Source: an uncultured delta proteobacterium (lineage in GTDB: Bacteria; Myxococcota; Myxococcia; Myxococcales; 40CM-4-68-19). From it: a stretch of DNA of 57,200 nt. Numbering within the stretch: position 1 is the first letter of the stretch; the number at the start of each line of letters is the position of its first letter. The stretch is taken from assembly GCA_903911145.1 (NCBI GenBank), contig CAIWCD010000013.1:434001-491200 (forward strand), read 5' to 3'. Below the pieces are notes generated by a model. That model was not told the DNA's origin. It saw only the letters and a program-made list of their open reading frames with translations, and did not search any database. Shown here piece after piece: positions 1 to 9,980 of this stretch. The position numbers and the translations under genes are program-made.

Positions 1-1170
1 CTCTTTGCGTGGCGCGAGGGCGAGTACAACTTCAATCCACGCGCGGAGGCGCCGCCGTCGCTGATCGCTCTCGAGGGAACGAGCGCACGGACGCTTTTCG
101 AGGGAATCCAACGGGCCTATGAGCCCGAACGCGCCGAGCAGGAATTGGGTGCCGCTGAGGGAGCTGCGGTGCGCCTCTCCGATGAGCCGCTCGATCGATT
201 TCAGGAGATGGGCCTCGAGGCCGATCACGCGCGCTTCTACTCGTTGATCGATGGGCGGCGCACAGTGCGGGAGTTGCTCGCGCTCGCGACTCTGCCGACG
301 GGCGAGGCGCAGAAGCTTCTTCTCGCGCTCAAGTGCGCGAACATGATCCAGCTCGGTGCGGCGGGCCGGGCGAGCAACCAGGCGGCAGGCGGCACGCGGC
401 CGCCAGGTGCGGCACGATCGGTGCCGACTCCGGTACCACCGCCGATCGGCGAGATGCCCGAGCGCGCATTGCCAGCGCCCGAGCTCGCGCTTCGCCAGCA
501 GGTCGAACGGCTTGCCGCACGGGCACAGGATCTCCGCCGTGGCTCTCTCTACGACACGCTCGCGATCGCGACGAACGCGAACGACGCCGAGATTCGCGCG
601 GCCTACGCAGAGAAGGCCAAGGAGCACCATCCGCATCGCCTCGGCCCCGACGCGACCGCGGAGATGCGCAGCCTGGCAGAGGAGATCTTCGGCCAGGTGG
701 TCCACGCGCACGAGGTTCTCGCGGACAGTGCGCGACGGGCAAAATACGACGCGGAACTCGGACAGGGGAACGTGCGCAGCGACTCTGACGACGTCGCCCG
801 GATTCTCGCTGCCGAGCAGCGTTTCCGAGAGGGAGAGGAACTGCTCAAGCAGGGCAAGCCGCAGCTGGCGCGCTCGGCGTTCGTCGAGGCCACCAAGCTC
901 TATCCCGATGAGGCCGAGTTTCACGCCTGCCTCGGCTGGGCGAGCTGGCTGTCGTCGGCACGCGATGACGCGGGAGAGAATGTCGCGCAGACGCATCTGG
1001 CGCGCGCGCTGCAGCTCAATCCGCGGATGGATCGTGCGTACGTCTTTCGCGGCAACATCGAGAAGGCGCGCGGCAACACGCGCAAGGCGGAGGCGGAGTT
1101 CGAGAAGGCGCTCCACTGCAATCCTGCTTGCACCGAGGCCTTGCGGGAACTGAAGCTCGCGCGCCAATGA
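1..1170 (+). CDS. J-domain (DnaJ-like) + TPR protein with N-terminal DUF4388-like region; 5' end lies outside the window
   Basis: Frame is open from base 1 (LFAWREGEYNF, typical DUF4388-like end). J-like segment LYDTLAIATNANDAEIRAAYAEKAKEHHPHR...AHEVLADSARRAKYD, followed by TPR-like helical repeats. Confidence 0.8.
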   Translation, partial: LFAWREGEYNFNPRAEAPPSLIALEGTSARTLFEGIQRAYEPERAEQELGAAEGAAVRLSDEPLDRFQEMGLEADHARFYSLIDGRRTVRELLALATLPTGEAQKLLLALKCANMIQLGAAGRASNQAAGGTRPPGAARSVPTPVPPPIGEMPERALPAPELALRQQVERLAARAQDLRRGSLYDTLAIATNANDAEIRAAYAEKAKEHHPHRLGPDATAEMRSLAEEIFGQVVHAHEVLADSARRAKYDAELGQGNVRSDSDDVARILAAEQRFREGEELLKQGKPQLARSAFVEATKLYPDEAEFHACLGWASWLSSARDDAGENVAQTHLARALQLNPRMDRAYVFRGNIEKARGNTRKAEAEFEKALHCNPACTEALRELKLARQ

Positions 1171-2603
1171 GCCTGCTCGAGAGCCGCTTCACCGAGTTGC
1201 TGCCGCTGCACGAGATGGAGCTGCGGCTGGCGCGCGCCACGATCGCCGCGATGGGGCGGCTCGATCGCAAGGACGAAGCGACTCTGCGCTATGCACTCTC
1301 TCTTGCGCGCGTGTGGCTCGTGCGCGCGCCGGACGGCCGCGACGTCGCGGTCTCGGGAAATCTTCGTGCGTATCGCGCCCGACTCCACGACCTGCTCGCG
1401 CCGCTGCTCGGCTCGGATCGCACCCGCCTTCCCGAGGCTTTCGAGCTGCAGGCCTCGGCCCGTGTGGCAGGGCCGCTCGCGCGCACCGCGCTCACCGAAC
1501 TTGATCGCGACCTCGGTCATCGCCTGCCCGCGGCTGCGCTCGATCGCGAAGTCCGCGAGCGTCATCTCGTGCTCGTCTGCGGCGGCGGCGGCGGCACCGG
1601 CTACGTCCACCTCGCGGCGTTCGCGCTCCTCGAGTCTGCCGGCCTGCATCCATCGCTCATCGCAGGAAGCTCGATGGGCGCCGTGCTCGGCCTCTTTCGC
1701 GCACGCGAGAAGCGATTCGATCTCGCGCGCATCCCCGAGATCCTCAGCGAGCTGACCTATCGCAAGATCTTCCGCATCACCCCGCAGGCGTCGCAGTACG
1801 GCCTGCCCGGCGCGATGCGCATTCGCCTGCGCGAGGCGGTCGGCCACTGGTTTCTCCATCCGGATGGCAGCCCGCTGCGCCTGTCCGAACTCGCCATCCC
1901 GCTGCTCGTCACCGTCACGGGGATCCGCCGCGGCCGCCTCCCGCGCCCCCTCGAGGAGTACGAGCGCCTCGTGCGCATCTCCGATCCCGACCCGAGCAAG
2001 TGGGGACTCGGGATGGTTGCTGCAAACATGCGCGGGATGGTCGCGGCCTTCACGGAGCTCATCCAGATTCCAAATGTCGCGCAGAAGCTCGTCTTCGGCG
2101 CCAGCGAGGAGACACGACAGGCCGATGCGCTCGATGCGGTCGGCTTCTCGGCGTCAGTGCCCGGCGTGCTCCACTACGACGTGCTCCGCGATGATCCGCG
2201 CATGCACGAGCTGCTCACCGGGCTGCTCGCGCGCCACGACCTCCTCCGGCTCTGCGACGGCGGTGTGGTTGACAACGTGCCCGCCCGCTCAGCGTGGCGA
2301 TTCGTCCAGCGCGCGGGTCTCCCTGGCTCCGGCAGCCGCAACACGGTGACGCTCGCGCTCGACTGCTTCGCGCCGCGGCTTCGCACGCCGCTCTGGCTTC
2401 CGCTCCAGCAGATCGCCGCCGCGTCCGTCTCGCGCACGCGCAACTACGCGCACGTCTACCATCCGTTCGAGCGCACTCTCTCTCCGCTGCAGATCCTCCC
2501 CAGCCCGCGCGCGCTCGAACAGATCATCCGGTCGGCGAAAGAAGAGCTGCTCGAGGAACTGCCGGTGCTCCAGCGACTGCTCGAACCGATCCCTGCACTC
2601 TGA
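1167..2603 (+). CDS. Patatin-like phospholipase
   Basis: Gly-rich loop GGGGGTG, nucleophile GSSMG, DGG motif. The ATG at 1167 overlaps the upstream stop (ATGA). Confidence 0.85.
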   Translation: MSLLESRFTELLPLHEMELRLARATIAAMGRLDRKDEATLRYALSLARVWLVRAPDGRDVAVSGNLRAYRARLHDLLAPLLGSDRTRLPEAFELQASARVAGPLARTALTELDRDLGHRLPAAALDREVRERHLVLVCGGGGGTGYVHLAAFALLESAGLHPSLIAGSSMGAVLGLFRAREKRFDLARIPEILSELTYRKIFRITPQASQYGLPGAMRIRLREAVGHWFLHPDGSPLRLSELAIPLLVTVTGIRRGRLPRPLEEYERLVRISDPDPSKWGLGMVAANMRGMVAAFTELIQIPNVAQKLVFGASEETRQADALDAVGFSASVPGVLHYDVLRDDPRMHELLTGLLARHDLLRLCDGGVVDNVPARSAWRFVQRAGLPGSGSRNTVTLALDCFAPRLRTPLWLPLQQIAAASVSRTRNYAHVYHPFERTLSPLQILPSPRALEQIIRSAKEELLEELPVLQRLLEPIPAL

Positions 2604-2688
2604 AGCGAGCCCCTGCGACGCTGCATCGCTTGGCCCCTTCTCCGCATCGTGCTATGGGCGCGCCCACCCTCGATAGAAAGGCTAGTCC

Positions 2689-3624
2689 ATGGCCAAGCAG
2701 CCCGAGCCGATCAAGAAGTCCGATGTGATCTGGATGGACGGCAAGCTCGTCCCCTGGGACGACGCGAAGATCCACGTCCTCACCCACTCGTTCCACTATG
2801 GCGTCGCGGTCTTCGAGGGCATCCGGTGCTACGCGCAGCCCGATGGCCGCGGCGCGATCTTCCGCCTGCGCGAGCACGTCAAGCGCCTGTTCGAGTCGGC
2901 CCATATCTGCCTGATGGAGATGCCGTACACCGAGGCGCAGGTCTTCGAGGCGTGCAAGGAAGTGATGCGCGCGAATAAGATGAACGAGGGCTATCTGCGC
3001 CCCATCGCCTACTTCAGTGAAGGCCTGATGGGCGTGGGCGCCGTCAACCCGGTCCGCCTCTCGGTTGCCACCTGGCACTGGGGCGCGTACCTCGGCGACG
3101 AAGGAATGAAGAAGGGCATCCGCGTCAAGGTCAGCTCGTACACGCGCATGCACATGAACTCGGATCCGACGCGAGCGAAGGTCACCGGCCACTACCTCAA
3201 CTCGGTGCTCGCCAAGCGCGAGGCGCTGCTCGCCGGCTACGACGAGGCGGTGCTGCTCGACCAGCAGGGCTACGTCGGCGAGGCCACGGGCGAGAACCTC
3301 TTCCTGCTCCGCGGCGGAATCCTCTACACGCCGCCTGCCGCCGGCGGAATTCTCGAGGGCATCACGCGCGAGACGATCCTGCGCATCGCGAAAGACAAGG
3401 GTCTGCAGGTCGAGGAGCGGCGTTTCTCGCGCGACTATCTGTACTGTGCAGACGAGGCGTTCCTCTGCGGCACGGCGGCGGAGATCACGCCCATCCGCGA
3501 AGTCGACGGACGGCGCATCGGTCAGGGCGAGACCGGCCCGACCACCAAGGAAATCCAGGCGACCTTCTTCCGCGCGGTCCGCGGACAGGAACCCCGATAC
3601 AACGAGTGGCTGACCTATCTGTAG
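2689..3624 (+). CDS. ilvE: Branched-chain amino acid aminotransferase (class IV PLP)
   Basis: HYGVAVFEGIRCY, AKVTGHYLNS, GENLF, ILEGITR, EAFLCGTAAEITP. AAAGG RBS-like sequence upstream. Confidence 0.95.
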   Translation: MAKQPEPIKKSDVIWMDGKLVPWDDAKIHVLTHSFHYGVAVFEGIRCYAQPDGRGAIFRLREHVKRLFESAHICLMEMPYTEAQVFEACKEVMRANKMNEGYLRPIAYFSEGLMGVGAVNPVRLSVATWHWGAYLGDEGMKKGIRVKVSSYTRMHMNSDPTRAKVTGHYLNSVLAKREALLAGYDEAVLLDQQGYVGEATGENLFLLRGGILYTPPAAGGILEGITRETILRIAKDKGLQVEERRFSRDYLYCADEAFLCGTAAEITPIREVDGRRIGQGETGPTTKEIQATFFRAVRGQEPRYNEWLTYL

Positions 3625-3667
3625 TCGCAAACGGGTCCCGACGCGGGACATCCGCCTTGAACCCAGT

Positions 3668-3700
3668 CGCGGCGCGCCCAACACGTTTGGGACGCGCCGC
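3668..3700 (+). terminator. GC-rich hairpin downstream of ilvE (possible terminator)
   Basis: gcggcgcg-ccca...tggg-a-cgcgccgc inverted repeat; weak U-tract. Confidence 0.4.
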
Positions 3701-3871
3701 TGCTGTCTTGGCACCCGGAATATTCTTCCCGCTCCACGCGTACCTCATAGACAAGCTCGCGCCGTGGCCGTACGACGATCGGAAGAGTCGGCAAAACAAG
3801 ATGAGCGCCGCTCTCAACCGTTCGTTATTGAACCCCGGAACAGTTCCTGCTCGGATTCGCAGGATTTTCAG

Positions 3872-3900
3872 TTGACCGTCTGATCGGCGCCTGCTACCTT
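3872..3900 (+). promoter_or_regulatory. Sigma70-type promoter for the Fic gene
   Basis: TTGACC-N17-TACCTT about 55 nt upstream of the GTG start; AAAGGAG RBS follows. Confidence 0.55.
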
Positions 3901-3955
3901 CCGCGCCCTGCACGAAGGCTAACTTCTTGAATTGTATGCATAAAGGAGCCTGCAC

Positions 3956-4735
3956 GTGAGCCGCACACGCTACCTGGACCTCGACGATCGCAACGAAGAC
4001 GCACGAGAGCTGATGCGCGAGCGCCCCCGCGACGCCAAGACTTTCATGGAAAAGTATGAGCTTTCATGGGTTTACCATGAAAACGCCATCGACGGCATGG
4101 TGCTGACGCACGCCGAGCTGCTCCAGGCGTTCCAGCCCACCGGCATCATGGACTCGTCCATGGTCCATACGTACCAGGAGATCCGCAACCAGAAGGACGC
4201 CATCGACTTCATCAAGTCGGAGGCCAAGAGCAAGACGCCGACCAAGTACAACCTCACGCTGGTCAAGAAGCTCTACGAGATCCTCTACAAGGATCTGCCG
4301 AACCGGATGCCGCCGACGTTCCGGCGCGACATGCCGCTGCACCGGACCTACTTCCACGACATCGTCCAGCCCATCCAGATCCAGCCCGGTCTCGAGCAGC
4401 TGTTCGACTTCATGGCGTCGGAAGAGTTCCGCAAGATGCACACGGTGAAGCAGGCGACCTTCTCCCATCACCGCTTCATGGAGATCTTCCCGTATTCGGA
4501 CCTCTCCGGGAAAGTCGGGCGCATGATGATGAACCTCATCCTGCTGCGCGGCGGATACCTGCCCGTGATCGTTCACTCGAGCGATCGGCAGCGGTATTAC
4601 GAGGGGCTGCGGCTGCCCGCGACGCAGTTCGGCGCGGTGATCATGGACGCGATGGACAACACGCACGACAACATCTTCAAGGCGTTCAATCCCGCATACG
4701 ACGAGACCGCGCGGCGCAAGGCATCGAGCGAATAG
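3956..4735 (+). CDS. Fic-family protein with degenerate catalytic motif
   Basis: WVYHENAIDG (inhibitory-helix-like segment) and EIFPYSDLSGKVGRMMMNLILLRGGY in place of HPFxDGNGRxxR. Strong RBS. Confidence 0.85.
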   Translation: MSRTRYLDLDDRNEDARELMRERPRDAKTFMEKYELSWVYHENAIDGMVLTHAELLQAFQPTGIMDSSMVHTYQEIRNQKDAIDFIKSEAKSKTPTKYNLTLVKKLYEILYKDLPNRMPPTFRRDMPLHRTYFHDIVQPIQIQPGLEQLFDFMASEEFRKMHTVKQATFSHHRFMEIFPYSDLSGKVGRMMMNLILLRGGYLPVIVHSSDRQRYYEGLRLPATQFGAVIMDAMDNTHDNIFKAFNPAYDETARRKASSE

Positions 4736-4775
4736 GTTCGCGGCCCAGCCAGTTCGATTGGCGGTATAAGCGCGC

Positions 4776-5672
4776 ATGCTCATCGGCGCGCACGAGTCCA
4801 CGGCCGGAGGCCTTCACGAGGCTTTCGGCCGTGCCGTTTCTGACAGGGCTGAAGCGGTTCAGGTCTTCACCAAGTCGAATCGGATGTGGGCGGCCAAGCC
4901 GATCCTCGACGAGGACGCCGCGCGTTTTCGCGTCGAGGGCGAGAAGGCTGGTCTGCTCGCCTCGTGCACTGTCCACGCGAGCTATCTGATCAATCTCGCG
5001 GCAGATGCGGGCGAGGGGCGCGAGAAGTCGATCGCGGCGCTGGCAGATGAGCTGCGTCGCTGCTCGCAGTTGGGGTTGGACAAGCTGGTGCTCCATCCGG
5101 GTTCGCACGCGGATTCAGCGCGCGGCTGCGAGAGCATCGGTGCAGGATTGGCAGCGGCGCTCGAGGAGGCGGGCGGCGATTGTCGCGTCCTTCTCGAAAC
5201 GGCGGCTGGCCAGGGGAACGCGATTGGGCGCAGCTTCGAGGAGCTCGCGTTGATGCGTGCGACGGTACCGAAGAAGCTGCGCGAGAGGGTGTCATTCTGT
5301 CTCGACACCTGCCATGTCTTCGCGGCCGGCTACGACCTCTCGACCGTCGATGGATATACTCAAGCGATGGATGCGTTCGATCGGGTCGTGGGGCTCAAGC
5401 TCATCGAGGCGTTCCATCTCAACGACAGCAAGAAGCCGCTTGGATGCAACGTGGACCGCCACGAACATCCCGGAAAGGGATGCATCGGGCAGGGTGCCTT
5501 CGAGCGACTCGTCAATGATGAGCGTTTCGCGCAGGTGCCCGGATTTCTCGAGCTGCCCCCGGAGATGAATCTCGGCTGCCTCGAGGAGATGCGCGGTTGG
5601 CGATCACGCACTGCGTCCAAGTCGGCGCCATCCGGCAAGTCGGGCGTTGCGCGGGCGAAGGCGCGGGGCTAG
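4776..5672 (+). CDS. nfo: Endonuclease IV (AP endonuclease 2)
   Basis: IGAHES, HASYLINLA, VLHPGS, LLETAAGQG, CLDTCHVFAAGYD, HLNDSK, DRHEH. Confidence 0.95.
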   Translation: MLIGAHESTAGGLHEAFGRAVSDRAEAVQVFTKSNRMWAAKPILDEDAARFRVEGEKAGLLASCTVHASYLINLAADAGEGREKSIAALADELRRCSQLGLDKLVLHPGSHADSARGCESIGAGLAAALEEAGGDCRVLLETAAGQGNAIGRSFEELALMRATVPKKLRERVSFCLDTCHVFAAGYDLSTVDGYTQAMDAFDRVVGLKLIEAFHLNDSKKPLGCNVDRHEHPGKGCIGQGAFERLVNDERFAQVPGFLELPPEMNLGCLEEMRGWRSRTASKSAPSGKSGVARAKARG

Positions 5673-5687
5673 GCTCGAACGTCTCCC

Positions 5688-6776
5688 ATGAGTCACGCTC
5701 CTTCAGCGCGCTCGCCTCACGACGCGCGCCCCATCCAGCCCAGTTCGCTGTCGTCGGTGAACAAGGTTCGCCGGTTGATCGCGGTCGCGCGCACCAGGAA
5801 GCGCGCGCTGGTGCTGACGCACGACAATCCGGATCCGGATGCCGTCGCATCGGCGTGCGGGCTTGCCTGGTTGTTGCGCGAGTGCGCTGGAGTGAAAGCG
5901 CAGGCAGCGTATGGAGGGATCATCGGGCGGGCCGAGAACAAGGCGATGCTCAAGGTGCTCCATCTGCCGATTGAGCCGGTTGCTCGCGTTCGCGGGAAGC
6001 ATGACCTGCTCTGCCTCGTCGATACGCAGCCCGAGGTGGGAAACTACTCGGCGCCAGTGGAGCATCCCGAGCGCAGGCCTCTGCAGGTCGCCATCGATCA
6101 CCATCCGGCTCGGCCAGCCTCGGCGCTCTGCGCGTATCACGACGTGGGCGGACCGACGGGGGCGACCAGCACGCTGATCGCCCAGTATCTGCGCGCGGCG
6201 GGGCTCGTGCCGGGGCCGCAGCTCGCGACTGCACTCTTCTATGGCATCAAGAGCGACACGCGCGATCTCGGGCGCGAGGTCGATCGCAGCGATCTCGAGA
6301 GTTACGCCTGGCTCTTTCCGCTCTACGACAAGACTGCCCTCTCGCACATCGAGCACCCGAGTGTGCCGGCTCCCTATTTCGCCGCGTATCACCGCGCCTA
6401 CGAGCGGGCCCGACTGCACGGCGGTGGCAGCGCAGTCGTGGTGGACATGGGTGAAGTCTACGTTCCCGAGATCGTCCCCGAAGTGGCAGAGAAGCTCGTC
6501 AGCCTCGATGGGCTTCGCTGGTCAATCGCCGCGGGCGCGTATCGAGATGAGCTGTATTTTTCGCTGCGCCTGAATGACAAGCGATTCAACGCAGGCAAGC
6601 TCGTGCGGCAGGTCTGCGCCCCCTTCGGGGGAAGCGCGGGCGGGCACGGTGCGATGGCGGGCGCGAGGATTCCTCTGCGGGGGCGGATGGCCGAGCCGAT
6701 GGCCCAACTGCTCTTCGCGGCGTTCCTGCGGGCATTCCATCTCGAGCCAGGGCCGGGCGCGCCGCTCGTCCCGTGA
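5688..6776 (+). CDS. DHH/DHHA1 family phosphoesterase (NrnA-like)
   Basis: THDNPDPD, VDT, IDHH, GIKSDT and GGH motifs. Confidence 0.85.
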   Translation: MSHAPSARSPHDARPIQPSSLSSVNKVRRLIAVARTRKRALVLTHDNPDPDAVASACGLAWLLRECAGVKAQAAYGGIIGRAENKAMLKVLHLPIEPVARVRGKHDLLCLVDTQPEVGNYSAPVEHPERRPLQVAIDHHPARPASALCAYHDVGGPTGATSTLIAQYLRAAGLVPGPQLATALFYGIKSDTRDLGREVDRSDLESYAWLFPLYDKTALSHIEHPSVPAPYFAAYHRAYERARLHGGGSAVVVDMGEVYVPEIVPEVAEKLVSLDGLRWSIAAGAYRDELYFSLRLNDKRFNAGKLVRQVCAPFGGSAGGHGAMAGARIPLRGRMAEPMAQLLFAAFLRAFHLEPGPGAPLVP

Positions 6777-7978
6777 GCAGCCAGAGCGCAGAGAAACCAT
6801 CGCGTGCGCTGATCTACCTCGACGGCAACGCGACGACGCCGCTCAATCCGAGCGCGCGCGACGCGATGCTGCCGCTTCTCGGCGAGAGGTTCGGAAATCC
6901 ATCGAGCGTGCATGCGATCGGCCAGGCGGCGCGGGCCGCGGTCGATCGCGCGCGCGAGCAGTGTGCAGCGGCGCTCCACGCACAGCCGAAAGAGCTGACG
7001 TTCACGTCGGGAGGGACGGAGGCAGCGCAGCTCGCGATCGCAGGAACTGTTCGTGGCCTGCTCGCAGCGGGGCGTGCGCGCTCGGTCAAGCCGCGCGTGG
7101 TGATCACGGCGGTCGAGCATCCATGCGTGCTCGGCGCCTGCGAGGAGCTCGAGGCGCTTGGAGTCGAGACGACTCGCATCGGTGTCGATGCCGCGGGCGC
7201 CCTCGATCTGCGCGCGCTCGACGAGGCGCTCACGGTGCCCGGCACCCTGCTCTGCTCCGCGATGGCGGCGAACAACGAGACGGGCGTGCTCTTTCCGCTC
7301 GAGGAGATCGCGCGCCTGTGCCGCACGCGCCAGGTGCTGCTGCACACCGACGCGGTGCAGCTTGCAGGCAAGGCCCGCATCGATGTTCGCGTGCTGCCGG
7401 TCGATCTGCTTTCGCTCTCGGCGCACAAGCTCGAGGGGCCCAAGGGCGTTGGACTGCTTTGGACGCGAGCGGGAATTCCCGTGCGCGCTGTGCAACCCGG
7501 CGGACACCAGGAGCGCGGGCGGCGCGGAGGAACGGAGAACGCGGCGGGCATCGTCGGGATGGGTGCTGCGCTTGAACTCGCGATGCGTGAAGTCGCGCAC
7601 TGCGCGGCCCGGATGAATGAACTTCGCGAGCGGCTCGAGGCAGCGCTGCTCTCGCTTGCGGGCGTGCGCATCATCGCGCGAGAAGGCCTGCGCGGCGCGA
7701 GCACGACCTGCGCTCTCTTCGACGGTTGCGATGGACAGACGCTGCTCGTCGCGCTCGATCAGGCGGGAGTCTGCGTGTCGACCGGAAGCGCGTGCAGCTC
7801 GGGATCGCTCTCGCCCTCGCCCGTGCTGCTCGCGATGGGGTTCAGCGCGCAGCAGGCTCGCAGTGCACTGCGCTTCTCCCTCTGGCGCGGCAACACCGCG
7901 GACGAGATCGACAGCGTCGCGAAGCTCCTCCCTGCGGTGCTCGAACGGGCACGCAGGGCCAGCGCGCGTCAACCGTGA
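6773..7978 (+). CDS. Cysteine desulfurase (IscS/NifS family)
   Basis: IYLDGNATTP, FGNPSS, HTDAVQ, SAHKLEGPKGVG (PLP Lys), STGSACSSG (catalytic Cys). Confidence 0.92.
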   Translation: MSSQSAEKPSRALIYLDGNATTPLNPSARDAMLPLLGERFGNPSSVHAIGQAARAAVDRAREQCAAALHAQPKELTFTSGGTEAAQLAIAGTVRGLLAAGRARSVKPRVVITAVEHPCVLGACEELEALGVETTRIGVDAAGALDLRALDEALTVPGTLLCSAMAANNETGVLFPLEEIARLCRTRQVLLHTDAVQLAGKARIDVRVLPVDLLSLSAHKLEGPKGVGLLWTRAGIPVRAVQPGGHQERGRRGGTENAAGIVGMGAALELAMREVAHCAARMNELRERLEAALLSLAGVRIIAREGLRGASTTCALFDGCDGQTLLVALDQAGVCVSTGSACSSGSLSPSPVLLAMGFSAQQARSALRFSLWRGNTADEIDSVAKLLPAVLERARRASARQP

Positions 7979-8913
7979 TTGGTCACGCCGAAGAGTCCGC
8001 GAACCATGCTTGAGACCCCGAGCGCGCCGCCGATCGCCTCGTCGTGGAACGGCGCGAGAGCCTCGTAGAAATCGGCGGCGGTCGCGTATCGATCGCGCTG
8101 CCGTTTCGCGAGCGCCTTGTGCACGACGGTGTCGAGACCGAACGGCAGATCGTCCCGCTGCGAGGAGATGGGCGGCACGTCGACAGTGCGGACCGCCTCC
8201 TTGAGCAACTCGGTGTTCGCCGCCTGCAGCGCACGCCGGCTCGCGAGGCACTCGTAGAGCACCGCCGCGGCACTCCAGAGATCGGCGTGCGGCGTCAGCG
8301 GTGCGCGGTCAAGCAACTCGGGCGCGAGGTAGGCGAGCTTGCCCCAGAGCGTTCCGCCGAGATCGCCATCGCCGTGCGCGCGGACCTTCGCGATGCCGAA
8401 GTCGCCCAGCTTGATTTCGCCGGTGAGCGAGATGAAGAGGTTCGAAGGAGACACGTCACAGTGTACGATATTGAGTGGATTTCCGTTCGGCCCGACAGCC
8501 GCGTGTGCGTAGGCGAGCGCCGAAAGCATCGCGCGCGCGATGTGTACAGCGAAGGGCACGGGCACGAGGATGTTCAACTCGCGGCAGCGGGCGAGCACGT
8601 GCGCAAGGTCGCGGCCTTCGACGTACTCCATTGCGAGGTAGTAGAGGTCGCCGACCACGCCCGTCTCGAAGACCTGCACGATGTTGGGGTGGTGCAGTAG
8701 GCGGGAGATGTCGGCCTCTCCGGTGAAGAGATCGAGCGCCTCGGCGTCTTCGCACAGCTTCGAGGAGAGCCGCTTGAGCGCGACGAGCTGGCCGGCGAGC
8801 GGGCCCTCGACGATGCGGGCCTTGTAGACCTCGGCCATGCCACCTCGGCCGAGCAGCTGGAGCACCTCGAACTTGCCGAAGCGGATCGAGCTCTTCTGCG
8901 GTCCCGTGCTCAT
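7969..8913 (-). CDS. Hanks-type Ser/Thr protein kinase, kinase domain only
   Basis: LGRGGMAEVY, VALKRL, HCDVSPSN, DFG, GKLAYLAPE, DLWS. Confidence 0.92.
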   Translation of the reverse strand: MSTGPQKSSIRFGKFEVLQLLGRGGMAEVYKARIVEGPLAGQLVALKRLSSKLCEDAEALDLFTGEADISRLLHHPNIVQVFETGVVGDLYYLAMEYVEGRDLAHVLARCRELNILVPVPFAVHIARAMLSALAYAHAAVGPNGNPLNIVHCDVSPSNLFISLTGEIKLGDFGIAKVRAHGDGDLGGTLWGKLAYLAPELLDRAPLTPHADLWSAAAVLYECLASRRALQAANTELLKEAVRTVDVPPISSQRDDLPFGLDTVVHKALAKRQRDRYATAADFYEALAPFHDEAIGGALGVSSMVRGLFGVTNHG

Positions 8914-9976
8914 CGGTGGGCCCCGGCAGCGGGCGCCGCAACGGCAGTAGACATCTGCGTCAAGAGCTCGGCCATCTGCGGCTCCCCTTGCAAGGGGGCG
9001 AGATCTGGATCGCGCTGCATCTGTTCCCTCTGCGTGTAGTGATTGAGCGCGGCGAGGCGCAGGTAGCGGAACGCCAGCGGCTTCTTTCCCTCGCGAGAGT
9101 AGATGCAGGCGATGTTGTAGTAGGCGTCGCCGAGAGAGGGATTGGCCTCGAGCGCGCGCTTGTACCAGGCGAGCGCCTCGTCGAAATCCGAGCGGGCATA
9201 GAAGGTCACGCCCACGCCATTGTAGGCCTCGGCGCGATGGGCATCGAGCGCGAGCGCGTCGAGGAAGAGCTGGCGGGCCGGCTCGAAGCGGCCTTGGTTG
9301 AGCTCGGCGAGTCCCCGCTTGAGCAGCTCATCCGGCCCTTCGTGAGCGGCGCGGATCTTCGCGGCTGGCCGATCGCCGCGCGCGTCGCGCGCGTCGTAGC
9401 CAGGTTGCCTCGCGGCGCCGACGGGATAGCCCGCGATCTGCCCGAGCGCGGTGCTCGTGACCGTTGTCGGGAGGTGGGCGCGGTCGGCGATCGGCATCGC
9501 ACTCGAAGCGCTCCCGGCCGATCCAGGAGCGGTCTTGCGATGTTTCGGCGCGGCGGTCGCGGAGAGTCTCGCGTCCTTGATGGGGCCGCGGGTTCGTCGG
9601 TCGCGCCCGGTCGATGCAGAGAGATTGAGCGGACGTCGGCGGCACATGCAGCCGTCGCGTGCACGCCGCCGATCAGCTGGTTGGTGACGAGCAACACCGC
9701 GAGCGCCGAGCCAGAATCGGCACCGCACGCAGGCTGCACAAGGCAAAGATGCAACTGCGCGGCGAGGCTGTCGTCGAGGAGCGAGCCACGCAGAAGCTCA
9801 GTGCCGACGGGAACTGCGCAAGGGCCGCCAACCGCGGCAAGCGTGCCGACCACCGTGGCGCCGTCCTGTTTCAGCTCGAGGCGAGAACCGTTCACCAGCC
9901 ATGTCCCCGCCAGGGACGTGGGCGCGGGAGCAGCGCCGAGCAGCAGCAGAGTCGAGAGCAGGATCACGCGCTGCAA
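8910..9976 (-). pseudogene. Exported TPR protein split by an apparent 1-nt frameshift near 9582-9585 (pseudogene or sequencing error)
   Basis: A signal peptide-bearing N-terminal half (TTG 9976: LQRVILLSTLLLLGAAPAP...) lies in one frame and the TPR half (AEAYNGVG...DAYYNIAC) in another. Adding one base to the G4 run joins them. Confidence 0.65.
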
Positions 9977-9980
9977 GCTA

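Noticed and set aside
3606..3955. Small ORFs or a known ncRNA in the ilvE-fic gap
   Set aside because: No RBS, no coding bias and no RNA family that I can recognise; hairpins and a promoter explain the region.
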